DNA of 64,000 bases, taken from the IMG/VR virus record IMGVR_UViG_3300017971_004103, positions 12,764 through 76,763 of that record. One strand, given 5' to 3'. The translations under genes were made by a program, and so were the position numbers. A model generated the notes under the pieces. The model saw only the letters and a program-made list of their open reading frames with translations, was not told the DNA's origin and searched no databases. The stretch comes from a virus. Shown piece after piece: positions 56,101-64,000 of this stretch. Every line of letters begins with the position of its first letter. The stretch's first letter is position 1.

Positions 56101-58814
56101 TGACCATTTTAATGACTGCCCTTGAAAAAGGACTTGAGCTCACAGGTGAACAATTAAAATTATTCAGAGAGAATGCCGAAAATATTGCAAAGCTGGAATG
56201 GTTAGACGTATATGAAGCATTAGGCATTGAACAACTCGAATTAATCCCCGAAACATTCGATTCGGTAGAGGATAGCATTGAAGGAATGCGGAACTCATTA
56301 GAACAGCTAGAGGCACAGACCGAGAGTTTCACTTATTGGGTTGAGGGATTGCCGGATTGCCTGGGGGAATTGAAAGATGCCCTGATCATAACCGGTTATG
56401 CAATGGAGGCGATGAACAGCATCATAAAAGAAATGATCGATGTTGTAGAAGATTTGACTTTGCTTCCTGAGCTTATCGAAGATTTTAACGATGCGATCGA
56501 GGAAAATGATTTAGGTGCTTATGTTGATTCTTTGGGAACGCTGCAATTATACATCAATGATTTAGCCGAAGCAATAACGATGTTAAGTACGGTTGCGCCA
56601 GGATTGCAGAAAGTGTCTTTTGCTTTAATGGGGGTATCTGTTGCACTGCAAAGCATAGTATTATTTTTTCAGGGATTTCAGATAATCACAATAGGATTAA
56701 AAGCATTGCTTACGATGGGTGATAAGGCAGCCGAGGTAGCAGGGAAAGTTAAGGAATGGGAAATATTAAAGGATATAATTTTGCAGGCCCTATTTGGCCC
56801 ATTATTGCTAGTACTTGGAGTTATTGCAAAACTAACCGAAAAAATCCCGATATTGGGTGGTATTTTTGAGCTATTATTTAAGGGGCTACAAGAATATCTT
56901 CATGGTGTATTCGATGAAACGGAAGAATCCTATCTCGACATGGAAGATTTCTATAAAAAGATGAAGGCCCTGAACAAGCAGACGTGGAAGGCAATGACTG
57001 TTGATATGCTGGAATTTTGGAATAACTTCGGCAAAAGTGGTTTTGAACTTGGCCTTGAAGACATGAAAGAAGAATGGGAGCGATATGCCGATTGGCTAAA
57101 AGAAAACTGGCAGGATTTGATTGATAGGGGTGAATTTGATGAAACCACATTAGAAGATTTCAGAAATATGGCGATGGATTACTATGAAAAAATGATTAAT
57201 GATTTTTACGAGGGATTCATTAAGCCATTTGAAGACTTTCATACTCAAATAAATCGTAGTTTACAGGGAATGACCGATGAAGGCAGAACGGCTGAAGACA
57301 TAATGGCCGAAGAAGCAAAGATAGCAAGGAAAATGTGGGGTTCATATGTAGAGGGCGATTATGAGGAGTGGTTAGATCACGCCCAGGAAATGAAGGGGCT
57401 ATTAGAGGAAAGATATGCCCTAGAAAAAAAGAGACTTGAGGAAATCAAGGCACAGATAAAACAGATTGAAAATATTCAGAAATCGATCAAGTTCGATTTT
57501 CAAGAGATCGCTGGTGGTAGGACTGGAGCAGATGTACTGACAGACATACAAGAAGCTATGGGGAAAATGTTTGAAGCCTTTCATGATGATGATATGACCG
57601 AAGCCTTAAATCTGGCCGAGACATTACGTGGATTGATAATGGAGCGATACCAGTTAGAAAAAGAAAAAATCCTTGATCTGAAAGATTCAATTCTTGATTT
57701 AGCGGATCAGATTGATTCATTAAAAGACAAACAAAAAGACTGGTCAAATAGTATCCAGGATATGATTGATGAAATGAACGGTAGTACGGGTGAGGGCGCA
57801 GAACAGATCGGATACTGGCAGGACAAAATCGCTGATCTGAAAGGACAGTTAGGACAGGCGCTTGATCTTGAGGAGCGAGAAGAAATACTGGGTCAGTTAC
57901 AGGGAAGCTACAAATCACTCATGGATGTTGTACTAGGTCTTAGGGGTGAAATCGGCGAGAAAAGCTATCAAATGTTAGTTGATTCTGTAACGGGCGGACT
58001 TGAAGAATTGAAGGGTGAGGGAGAAAATATTTATCAGAGTGAAATCGATGTTTTACAGGCTCAGTTAGATCAACAAATAGCAGAGCTTGAGGTACTGACC
58101 GGCATCCAAGGGCTTACCATTGATATGCTTAGAGCTGATAATGCCAATGAAACATTACTTGCCAATCTGAATGCTGAAGTTACCGCACAACTCACCTGGT
58201 TAAATACCATACTTGGTGATGTAAAAACTGATCTTGAAATTGCAATGCAAGCTCAACTGGATAAGATGGAAGAAATACGGGGACATATAGAATGGCTTGG
58301 TTGGCGGACACTAGATATTATTAAAAGATTAAAGGAACAAAGGGATAATGCTATTACAGATATGGAAAAATATTTTGACGAAAATTCTCCAAGTGTGCAA
58401 AGAGAGAAGAATATTGAGTTATCAAATCTGGCTATATTTGAAATACTTCGCCTGAATATATTCCCAAAACTTAATGAAATTGCAGGAAATACAAGCAGGT
58501 GGTGGCAGCCAAAAGGAAGCCGTCAATTTGGTGGGCCTGTACGAGAAGAAGGAATGTATCATCTGCATGGTAATGAAGATGTGGCAACGCCTAATTTTCA
58601 GAGCAATGTAATGAATAGGCTTGAAAGGATAGAAGCGAAACAGGCCGCGAATAGTGGCGGTGGAGACGTGTATCTGATTAATGCAAGTCCGGTTAAGATA
58701 TCAGATGCGGAATGGAAGAAGGTTGCCGAAAAGGTACTGCCACAGGCAAAAAATATGCCTCGCAAAAAACTATTTTACGATGCACAGGTTATGTCCTGGA
58801 ATAAAGGAAAGTAA
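53190..58814 (+). CDS. Tail tape measure protein
   Basis: 1874 aa, helical; IILKLKD.AS start; LLGS...G..LF..M..YA..VPF tape-measure motif; Gly-rich and hydrophobic segments. Confidence 0.92.
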   Translation: MTDREYEIILKLKDIASGGLSKFGKHAQTISQKTTGYFKSITRGVFSLKTAIVSLAGAAGIGLLSKSFVSAASTAEGLRVRLQHLLGSVFEGNKLFKAMSEYAAKVPFEYENIMSSATALAGVMKGGIEEIKKWMPMIGDLASVTGLSIEETTSQVIRMYSAGAAAADMFRERGVLAMMGFKAGVSYTTEETRKMMFDAWNKVGSQFKDATLDLGKTWDGMLSMFSDRWFQFRNKVMDSNVFAVLKEGASKLLDTLGRLDKEGKLDEWAEKVSNAIIDLTLALLELAKSAAYIPEIFLNIKAVWLGIIDIGNLVLEIMIKLGKASLWVQRAFNPTLWFGAGAEAWRTIYNELSLLDDAIDETQLNLEAQMAATNNNIEAMGKYREEIVSTIDKMKEWIEINRQGLEAEDQWALSFINSLNAFQETKSKIIEETQELTKEQIKAANEKEKIELDLHNKIYELTHTELEFKLEMLKQEVMAMANAGAEGLKVIEYYELEKARIIKESNDELLEKQKKAYNKMANEWNSKVESMAATFKDLIVEGLDGEFEDMADRIGKTFKSMVATMVTDWIAGMLKMQENANLNVNVSGSGGGGGIGGLVQGLFGGKNILSSVFQGLGGDLGKGFITNLKNAGMGNLLKYGGAAYNWSAQTGGQQYTAIANMESGAVMLANGEEIAESTTKAAAAQTSAANMTSMAMNKVMEYIPYVAAAYSVYSTVNSAMHDPKKGGSGRGYGQAVLTGFAAGGIIGAVVMAAIYGITSAITKSGKVRRERQHRAAMLTEGYEGIYEHRDEFASIQQMAGAQTSAMRATSYMKYAQNFKNMPGGETAFAVQQQATILHSITEAIGRDAPIVSSQVNMLTKSMDLMFNACKKGAPESAKKLAELKESMKKTMAQDILEAFDHGTKSLRNVRKELQNLGMEDAEMQAQLYSSALAQLFNGTMPKGSVQLERLYEDIKELKKDMEEAEATTKGMTILMTALEKGLELTGEQLKLFRENAENIAKLEWLDVYEALGIEQLELIPETFDSVEDSIEGMRNSLEQLEAQTESFTYWVEGLPDCLGELKDALIITGYAMEAMNSIIKEMIDVVEDLTLLPELIEDFNDAIEENDLGAYVDSLGTLQLYINDLAEAITMLSTVAPGLQKVSFALMGVSVALQSIVLFFQGFQIITIGLKALLTMGDKAAEVAGKVKEWEILKDIILQALFGPLLLVLGVIAKLTEKIPILGGIFELLFKGLQEYLHGVFDETEESYLDMEDFYKKMKALNKQTWKAMTVDMLEFWNNFGKSGFELGLEDMKEEWERYADWLKENWQDLIDRGEFDETTLEDFRNMAMDYYEKMINDFYEGFIKPFEDFHTQINRSLQGMTDEGRTAEDIMAEEAKIARKMWGSYVEGDYEEWLDHAQEMKGLLEERYALEKKRLEEIKAQIKQIENIQKSIKFDFQEIAGGRTGADVLTDIQEAMGKMFEAFHDDDMTEALNLAETLRGLIMERYQLEKEKILDLKDSILDLADQIDSLKDKQKDWSNSIQDMIDEMNGSTGEGAEQIGYWQDKIADLKGQLGQALDLEEREEILGQLQGSYKSLMDVVLGLRGEIGEKSYQMLVDSVTGGLEELKGEGENIYQSEIDVLQAQLDQQIAELEVLTGIQGLTIDMLRADNANETLLANLNAEVTAQLTWLNTILGDVKTDLEIAMQAQLDKMEEIRGHIEWLGWRTLDIIKRLKEQRDNAITDMEKYFDENSPSVQREKNIELSNLAIFEILRLNIFPKLNEIAGNTSRWWQPKGSRQFGGPVREEGMYHLHGNEDVATPNFQSNVMNRLERIEAKQAANSGGGDVYLINASPVKISDAEWKKVAEKVLPQAKNMPRKKLFYDAQVMSWNKGK

Positions 58815-58819
58815 ATTAC

Positions 58820-58845
58820 AAGCCCACTTCGGTGGGCTTTTTATT
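58820..58845 (+). terminator. Rho-independent terminator with cUUCGg loop
   Basis: AAGCCCAC-TTCG-GTGGGCTT-TTT. Confidence 0.8.
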
Positions 58846-58856
58846 GGAGGTTTTAC

Positions 58857-60782
58857 ATGAAACACATACTCATATTATTATCAATTCTGTTAATGTGTGG
58901 TGTGGCGAATGCTGCAACCGAAACTCATTATGTATGTCCTGCTGGTAGCGGCGCAGGCGATACGGATGGTAGTTCATGGGCGAATTGTTGGGATGGGTTT
59001 TCTGATATTACTTGGGGTGACTTAAAAGCCGATGATGGTTTATTAGGGCCTGATGATGATTTACTGTTGAGAGATGATGATGGAGTCTACAGAGAACGAT
59101 TTAGTTTTAGCAAAAGTGGCTCGGATGGAGAACCAATTACAGTCAAAGCAGACACGGGGGAAAGTCCGATTTTGTTAGGTTCCCTCAGTGCCGACCAAGC
59201 TGCCTCGTGGACTCAGGAAGATGCTACTTGCTGGTCAAGTCCAGTTGGTCAATATGACCCAGGGCAAGTGTATTTTGAGACTGATACAGATACGGTAGTT
59301 CCTGGTGATAAAAAGTCAACCGTTACCTGTGCATGTGGTGTTTTGGTAGATAAATATGACTGGTGCTATGACAACACAAATGACCAGATATTAGTTTATG
59401 ATGTTGGTGAGCCGAGTACAGAGTTTAGCGGAATAGAAGTGCCATGCCCTATTAATGGAGCTGGTAATGAAGGAATAGTAGTTATTGATGGGAAAAGCAA
59501 TTTGCTTATTAAAGACTTGGCATTTAAATATGGTGCAGCACACGCCATTAAAGGTAAGGGAGGAACAAATCAGAATATTGAATTTGATAATATTTATATA
59601 GACTATATGGGTGGCCAGGATGTTAATCTTAATGGAGGAGGATATGGAGGAGGAATACAAATCAGTGGTGATATGGTAGATTCCATAAATATACATGATT
59701 GCAATATAAATGAGGTCTATGATAGGTGTATTGGATTTGAAATATCAACTGGATTGTCTGGAAAAACTCGTACCAATTTAATAGCAAAAAGCAATTATTG
59801 CATCAATTCAGGCGGGGGGATAAAAATACATGATTTTGGGAATGGAGCAAATACTATAGATAATATACAGTTTATCAATAATAGGCTTATTGATATAGGA
59901 AGGGGCGGGTCTGGCGTTGCGAGCGAGAGCGGAAATGGAATATTAATTGCTAGTGCCAATGCCGATGCTGGAGTAACAGAACTATCTGCAACTGTGCTAT
60001 GCTCTGGTAATTACGTTAGTGGTTGTGTTGGAAGTGGGATTTACCTAACTGGTTGTGGTTCAAATGTTACTGTTAATAATAATGAGGTTAAAGATGGCGA
60101 GGATGCTGGAATATATGTTTATAACACAGATGCCCGAACCAGCGCACCGTTAATATCGGGAAATCTCATCTATAATAACGATGGAAATGGATTTAAAGAA
60201 AGTACAAATGATGGTGTAGTAAAGTACTATAATAACACACAATATAACAACGGTGTTGGGGATAGCACCCAGGAAATTAGATTTGCGGGAAGTGCTACCA
60301 ATTCAATCCTGAAAAATAATATTATTCTAAACTCTACAAGGGAAGCCTTGTATGTAGATGCTGCCGCTAGTGTTACTATAGATTATAACTGTTTCTCTAG
60401 TGGACATGCTACACCGTGGAATTATCAAGGCTCAACCTATGCCACCCTCGCACTCTACCAAGCAGCGTCTAGTCAGGATGCTCATTCAATAGATGCCAAC
60501 CCCCTCTTTGTAGACCCTGCAAATGGGGATTTTAGGTTGAAATGGGGGAGTCCTTGTATCAATACCGGAGTAAATTTAGGAAGTGATTATGACGATGCTC
60601 TTGACCCACGTGATTATAGTTTTCCCTATGACACGTTAGATCAAGACAATTACGGCCCCTGGGAGATCGGGGCTTTTGTCTATCGCAGAAGATACCATAT
60701 AGGACAAAGGATCAAAGACACCTACATGAAAATGGGATTAGGGCTCCAAGCACAAGAGCCTTTATTTTGTATTATTCCTTAA
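58857..60782 (+). CDS. Secreted right-handed beta-helix protein with choice-of-anchor-Q-like C-terminus
   Basis: Signal peptide ending ANA-A; DGSSWAN, beta-helix repeats, NPLFVDPANGDFRL..GSPCINTG, EIGAF. Confidence 0.8.
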   Translation: MKHILILLSILLMCGVANAATETHYVCPAGSGAGDTDGSSWANCWDGFSDITWGDLKADDGLLGPDDDLLLRDDDGVYRERFSFSKSGSDGEPITVKADTGESPILLGSLSADQAASWTQEDATCWSSPVGQYDPGQVYFETDTDTVVPGDKKSTVTCACGVLVDKYDWCYDNTNDQILVYDVGEPSTEFSGIEVPCPINGAGNEGIVVIDGKSNLLIKDLAFKYGAAHAIKGKGGTNQNIEFDNIYIDYMGGQDVNLNGGGYGGGIQISGDMVDSINIHDCNINEVYDRCIGFEISTGLSGKTRTNLIAKSNYCINSGGGIKIHDFGNGANTIDNIQFINNRLIDIGRGGSGVASESGNGILIASANADAGVTELSATVLCSGNYVSGCVGSGIYLTGCGSNVTVNNNEVKDGEDAGIYVYNTDARTSAPLISGNLIYNNDGNGFKESTNDGVVKYYNNTQYNNGVGDSTQEIRFAGSATNSILKNNIILNSTREALYVDAAASVTIDYNCFSSGHATPWNYQGSTYATLALYQAASSQDAHSIDANPLFVDPANGDFRLKWGSPCINTGVNLGSDYDDALDPRDYSFPYDTLDQDNYGPWEIGAFVYRRRYHIGQRIKDTYMKMGLGLQAQEPLFCIIP

Positions 60783-60794
60783 AGGAGGAAGCCA

Positions 60795-61175
60795 ATGAAA
60801 AGAATGATATTTGAATTGATTTTGTTTTTAGCTTTTGTACCATGTGCGTTCGGTGCAAATCTCACTGACCAGAACCCATTGATACTCGACACTGCCGGAG
60901 AGATTACTACATCCATGAAATATATTACTCAGGCAATATGGCATGGATGTAGCACAGATGGGCAGGAGTTAGTTATAAAGGATACGAGCAGCGGTGATGT
61001 CATCGGCTATGGCGTGTGTGTATCGGGAACATCGGTAAAAATATGGGACGGGCATGTATGCCCTCAAAAAATATATTTAAATCAAATTGACTCAGGTGAA
61101 CTACATATAATGATTAGCGAAAAACGTTCAAATCGCGCTAATTGTGAGCATCACGGAGCGCCAATACTACCGTAA
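60795..61175 (+). CDS. Small beta-sandwich protein with signal peptide
   Basis: AGGAGG RBS; MKRMIFELILFLAFVPCAFG-A. Confidence 0.6.
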   Translation: MKRMIFELILFLAFVPCAFGANLTDQNPLILDTAGEITTSMKYITQAIWHGCSTDGQELVIKDTSSGDVIGYGVCVSGTSVKIWDGHVCPQKIYLNQIDSGELHIMISEKRSNRANCEHHGAPILP

Positions 61176-61199
61176 GACAATCACTAGATTTTTTTAATT

Positions 61200-61234
61200 A
61201 ACCGCTCGACTTTAATGATGAGCGGTTTTTTATT
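61200..61234 (+). terminator. Rho-independent terminator
   Basis: AACCGCTC / GAGCGGTT plus T-tract. Confidence 0.65.
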
Positions 61235-61244
61235 GGGGTGAATC

Positions 61245-61784
61245 ATGAGAAAAAGAATTGTTTTTGCTTTCATCGTGGCATGGATTGTTAGCATTGGGAT
61301 CATGGCTGCTAATGCTGACGTCGATACCGGCTCACTTACTACAAATGAATATTTCTGGAAGCTGGGGCAGGAAGATAAGGGGGCAATCCCCCACGCTAAA
61401 TTCACAGGGGCCTTAAATAAGGCAGATCGGGCAATCCACCAGGGTTTAATACTTTCAAATCGCTTAGAATATCCAGGCACAAATGACAGTGTTACCCTGG
61501 GTAGGGCTACGAGTTCAATGAAAATTAATAGTGTTGATGCGGTACTTCAAGCAGATGCAAATGAGAATGTTACTATAAATATTGCACACGGTACAGATAG
61601 AAGCGGAGCGGGTACAGATTTATTTTCCTCTGATGAAACCGTTACCGACACTACTACCGGACAGACAATCACGTGCGATGGAGATAGTACAATAGATACA
61701 AATGAATGGGTATGGGCAAAAATAACTGGTGGCTGTGGAAATGTTGAAGAACTGTTTTTCATAATTGATCCATCGGTGAGCTAG
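61245..61784 (+). CDS. Signal-peptide protein with fibre-like N-terminus and jelly-roll-like C-terminus
   Basis: Signal peptide ending ANA-D; TTN..F.K...ALNKAD.AI; beta-rich C-terminus. Confidence 0.6.
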   Translation: MRKRIVFAFIVAWIVSIGIMAANADVDTGSLTTNEYFWKLGQEDKGAIPHAKFTGALNKADRAIHQGLILSNRLEYPGTNDSVTLGRATSSMKINSVDAVLQADANENVTINIAHGTDRSGAGTDLFSSDETVTDTTTGQTITCDGDSTIDTNEWVWAKITGGCGNVEELFFIIDPSVS

Positions 61785-61793
61785 GGGCGAAAA

Positions 61794-62630
61794 ATGGCTG
61801 ATCCCACAAATCTTACATTCCTATATAACAACCTCATTACCAGTGCAAGTATGATAACTGTTAGCTCAGAAGCTACAACTTTTGAGAAAGCATATTTTAT
61901 TGATGAACATTTAACAACTTGCTGGAGAAGTTCAGGGGTTTCTGGTAGTGAAGGTTTTCTTGCCGATGCAGGTGAAGGTTTTCTTGCCGATGCCGGAGAC
62001 GGCTTTTTGGCAGACGACTCCTGTACTATTTTAATCGACCTGGGAACTGCTCAATCAATTAATTGTATCGCACTGGGCAATCACAATCTTTATGGGGAAA
62101 TTACAGGTCTTGATCTGAAATATGGCGATACAGATTCCTGCCTTGACGGAACAATCAACTTATTGACTGATTTAACAGAAACAAATTTCATGGATTTTTT
62201 TGATTCAATTAGCAAGCGTTACTTGAAACTAGAGATATCCGGCGCTGATACAATTACCTTTTATCAAATCGGGGTTTTGTTTTTGGGGGCATATGTAGAG
62301 TTAGGCAAAAACTTCCAGCCAGATATAGAAAACTATAATCCAGAGTACAGTATATTTGAAAAAGTCACCCCTGGTGGACAAGTGCAGAGTTATAACTTAG
62401 ATGCATTATTAAAATGGAAGTTAAGTTGGGGAAGTAATAACGGGACAAGCAATCATACTCAATTAAATTCATTGTGGGATATTGTGAAAAGAAATAAACA
62501 TTTTTGGTTGATGCTCGATCCCTCTGATAGCGATACTTTAAAATATGTGAAGGTTAAAGATTTTAATTTCCCACAAATTTATAACGATCATTATCCTGGA
62601 TATATGGTTGTAGAGGCAAGACATGTCTAA
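61794..62630 (+). CDS. Distal tail-type protein with discoidin/CBM-like insert, copy 1
   Basis: T.SSEA, WRS.G, IDLG.AQ.....LGNHNL, RY.KL.I; downstream of tape measure. Confidence 0.6.
   Translation: MADPTNLTFLYNNLITSASMITVSSEATTFEKAYFIDEHLTTCWRSSGVSGSEGFLADAGEGFLADAGDGFLADDSCTILIDLGTAQSINCIALGNHNLYGEITGLDLKYGDTDSCLDGTINLLTDLTETNFMDFFDSISKRYLKLEISGADTITFYQIGVLFLGAYVELGKNFQPDIENYNPEYSIFEKVTPGGQVQSYNLDALLKWKLSWGSNNGTSNHTQLNSLWDIVKRNKHFWLMLDPSDSDTLKYVKVKDFNFPQIYNDHYPGYMVVEARHV
61950..62018 (+). repeat. 24-bp tandem repeat x3 encoding (E/D)GFLAD(AG)
   Basis: gaaggttttcttgccgatgc occurs twice, followed by a degenerate third unit. Confidence 0.85.
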
Positions 62631-63366
62631 TCCCACAAAAACAACAATACTCTACAATAATTTGATTACCTCAAGCACCATGATCACAGCTAGCTCTGAG
62701 GCCACAAATTATGGGAAAGAAAATCTTATAGATTCAGTACACTCTACGCATTGGCGAAGTACAGGCGTTTCAAGCGAATCCCTGCTTATCGATCTAGGTT
62801 CTGCTCAATCAGTTGATGCTATCGTATTAGGAAATCATAATCTCTATGATGAACTTACTACATTAGAATTACAGTATGGCACTACCGATGCATGTGCAGA
62901 TGGAACAATTGACTTACTGAGTGCCTTAACTGAAACAGATTTTATTAAATTCTTTGATTCTGTAAATAAGCGATACTGGAAACTGGTTATAGAGGGTGCA
63001 ACGGATATCACCTATTATGCGATTGCTGAATTGTGGTTAGGAGCTTATGTAGAGCTTGATAAAAATCCCCTTGCTGAGATTGATCCATACGATAAGGAGC
63101 ATGTTGTTCAAGAGCAGGGAGTAAGTACCTATGATTTGTATAGCTATGTTAATTGGCCATTGAAGTGGGGAAATTATAATAACGCCGATAATCATGATAA
63201 GTTATTGGCATTGTATAGCGCGGTCAAACTGGCGAAACCTTTCTGGATTATGCTTGACCCACAAAATGATATAGTTCCACAGCATGTAGTAATCAGGGAA
63301 TTTAAGTTTAATCAGCATTTGGGTGTTGGATATCCCGGCACTATGAGGGTAGTTAGTAGTTTGTAA
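62623..63366 (+). CDS. Distal tail-type protein, copy 2 (tandem paralogue)
   Basis: Collinear with 61794..62630 (LYNNLITS..MIT.SSEAT, GAYVEL.KN, FW.MLDP, YPG.M.V). Confidence 0.6.
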   Translation: MSNPTKTTILYNNLITSSTMITASSEATNYGKENLIDSVHSTHWRSTGVSSESLLIDLGSAQSVDAIVLGNHNLYDELTTLELQYGTTDACADGTIDLLSALTETDFIKFFDSVNKRYWKLVIEGATDITYYAIAELWLGAYVELDKNPLAEIDPYDKEHVVQEQGVSTYDLYSYVNWPLKWGNYNNADNHDKLLALYSAVKLAKPFWIMLDPQNDIVPQHVVIREFKFNQHLGVGYPGTMRVVSSL

Positions 63367-63394
63367 TATTATAATCTATTTTATTATAATCAGT

Positions 63395-63424
63395 GGCGGC
63401 ATTTTTTAAAGTGCCGTCTTTTTT
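63395..63424 (+). terminator. Rho-independent terminator
   Basis: GGCGGCATTT / AAAGTGCCGTC plus T-tract. Confidence 0.65.
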
Positions 63425-63434
63425 GTGGAGAATT

Positions 63435-64000
63435 ATGACTGAATGGGAAAAGTACGGCGATGAAGCAAAAATATTATTGCTTAAACTGGGATATGGGGAT
63501 AGCGGTGCCTATAAATATATATGCTCTGTACCTTTTGGCAAAGGCCCCATTGTGTATGATGATAAACAGTATATACCGGACTTACTTTCTGTTAGTTCTA
63601 TCTCCCATAGCGTAGAGGCCATTGAGGGTGGGGGACAAGTTGCAACCTGCAATATAACAATAAACAACGTCATGGGTGATTATTATTCTTTCCGCGATAC
63701 CTACAAAACCAAAAATAGACCAGCAACGCTTTATATAGCATTTGAAAGCAATATAAGCGGAACTATTCAAGAAGTTTTTAGTGGTAAGGTTCAGGGAGAT
63801 TCAATTGATAATGAAAAATGGGAAATCACCCTTGAATCATCTCTTGGCAAATATGAACAGACCCTCCCCTTAAATCTTTATAAGACTGCTACCTATCCAT
63901 ATTTAGAGGAGGGTGCAGCTGGGACTCCCATCCCTTATCCATTTGGAAAAATCGATGATGCCATTGCCACTGAAATAGATACCTCAACTCATAAATTCAA
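63435..64000 (+). CDS. Tail tip/hub protein, 3'-truncated
   Basis: GGAG RBS; open to the window end: MTEWEKYGDEAKILLL...VFSGKV...YP.L..GAAG.PIPYPFG. Confidence 0.7.
   Translation, partial: MTEWEKYGDEAKILLLKLGYGDSGAYKYICSVPFGKGPIVYDDKQYIPDLLSVSSISHSVEAIEGGGQVATCNITINNVMGDYYSFRDTYKTKNRPATLYIAFESNISGTIQEVFSGKVQGDSIDNEKWEITLESSLGKYEQTLPLNLYKTATYPYLEEGAAGTPIPYPFGKIDDAIATEIDTSTHKF

Noticed and set aside
53282-57918. Minus-strand ORFs within the tape measure gene
   Set aside because: Antisense shadows of a long coding frame with no recognisable motifs.
1-64000. Alternative genetic code (stop-codon reassignment)
   Set aside because: Core genes are intact under code 11, end in TAA, TAG or TGA, and no suppressor tRNA is present.
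1-64000. CRISPR array, integrase, transposase, diversity-generating retroelement or intron
   Set aside because: No regularly spaced repeats, no recombinase or reverse-transcriptase motifs, and no interrupted core genes were seen by eye.

Overview
This window is the late (morphogenesis) region of a large, AT-rich tailed phage with a siphovirus-like layout. The gene order is endolysin end, terS, terL, portal, minor head protein, scaffold, N4-gp56-like major capsid, neck and tail-completion genes, tail tube, G/GT chaperones with a -1 frameshift, tape measure, and tail-tip genes. Interleaved with these is an unusually large glycosylation apparatus: about 11 glycosyltransferase-like genes, 3 methyltransferases, 2 radical-SAM enzymes, a GDP-heptose pathway (hddC-hddA-gmhA), gmd, an epimerase and a putative mutase. 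The best candidate for a new system is in the head module. Two glycosyltransferases carry the motifs of eukaryotic polypeptide GalNAc-transferases (DxH plus WGxE...W..GG...H) and sit next to a 1319-aa mucin-like protein with about 885 aa of Ser-at-every-second-residue, Pro-rich repeats, followed by a fibre-adaptor-like gene. A GT9 enzyme also carries N-terminal domains shared with small head/neck-region proteins. Together these suggest a phage that builds a glycosylated 'mucin' coat on its virion; this is inference and untested. Other notable items: an opposite-strand anti-defence-like operon (DUF1874/AcrIII-1-like protein with Tyr at the catalytic His position, an HTH gene and a promoter palindrome), three tRNAs, several signal-peptide-bearing virion-like proteins, and three candidate RNA-structure elements. 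All family calls come from motif recognition by eye, with no database search.
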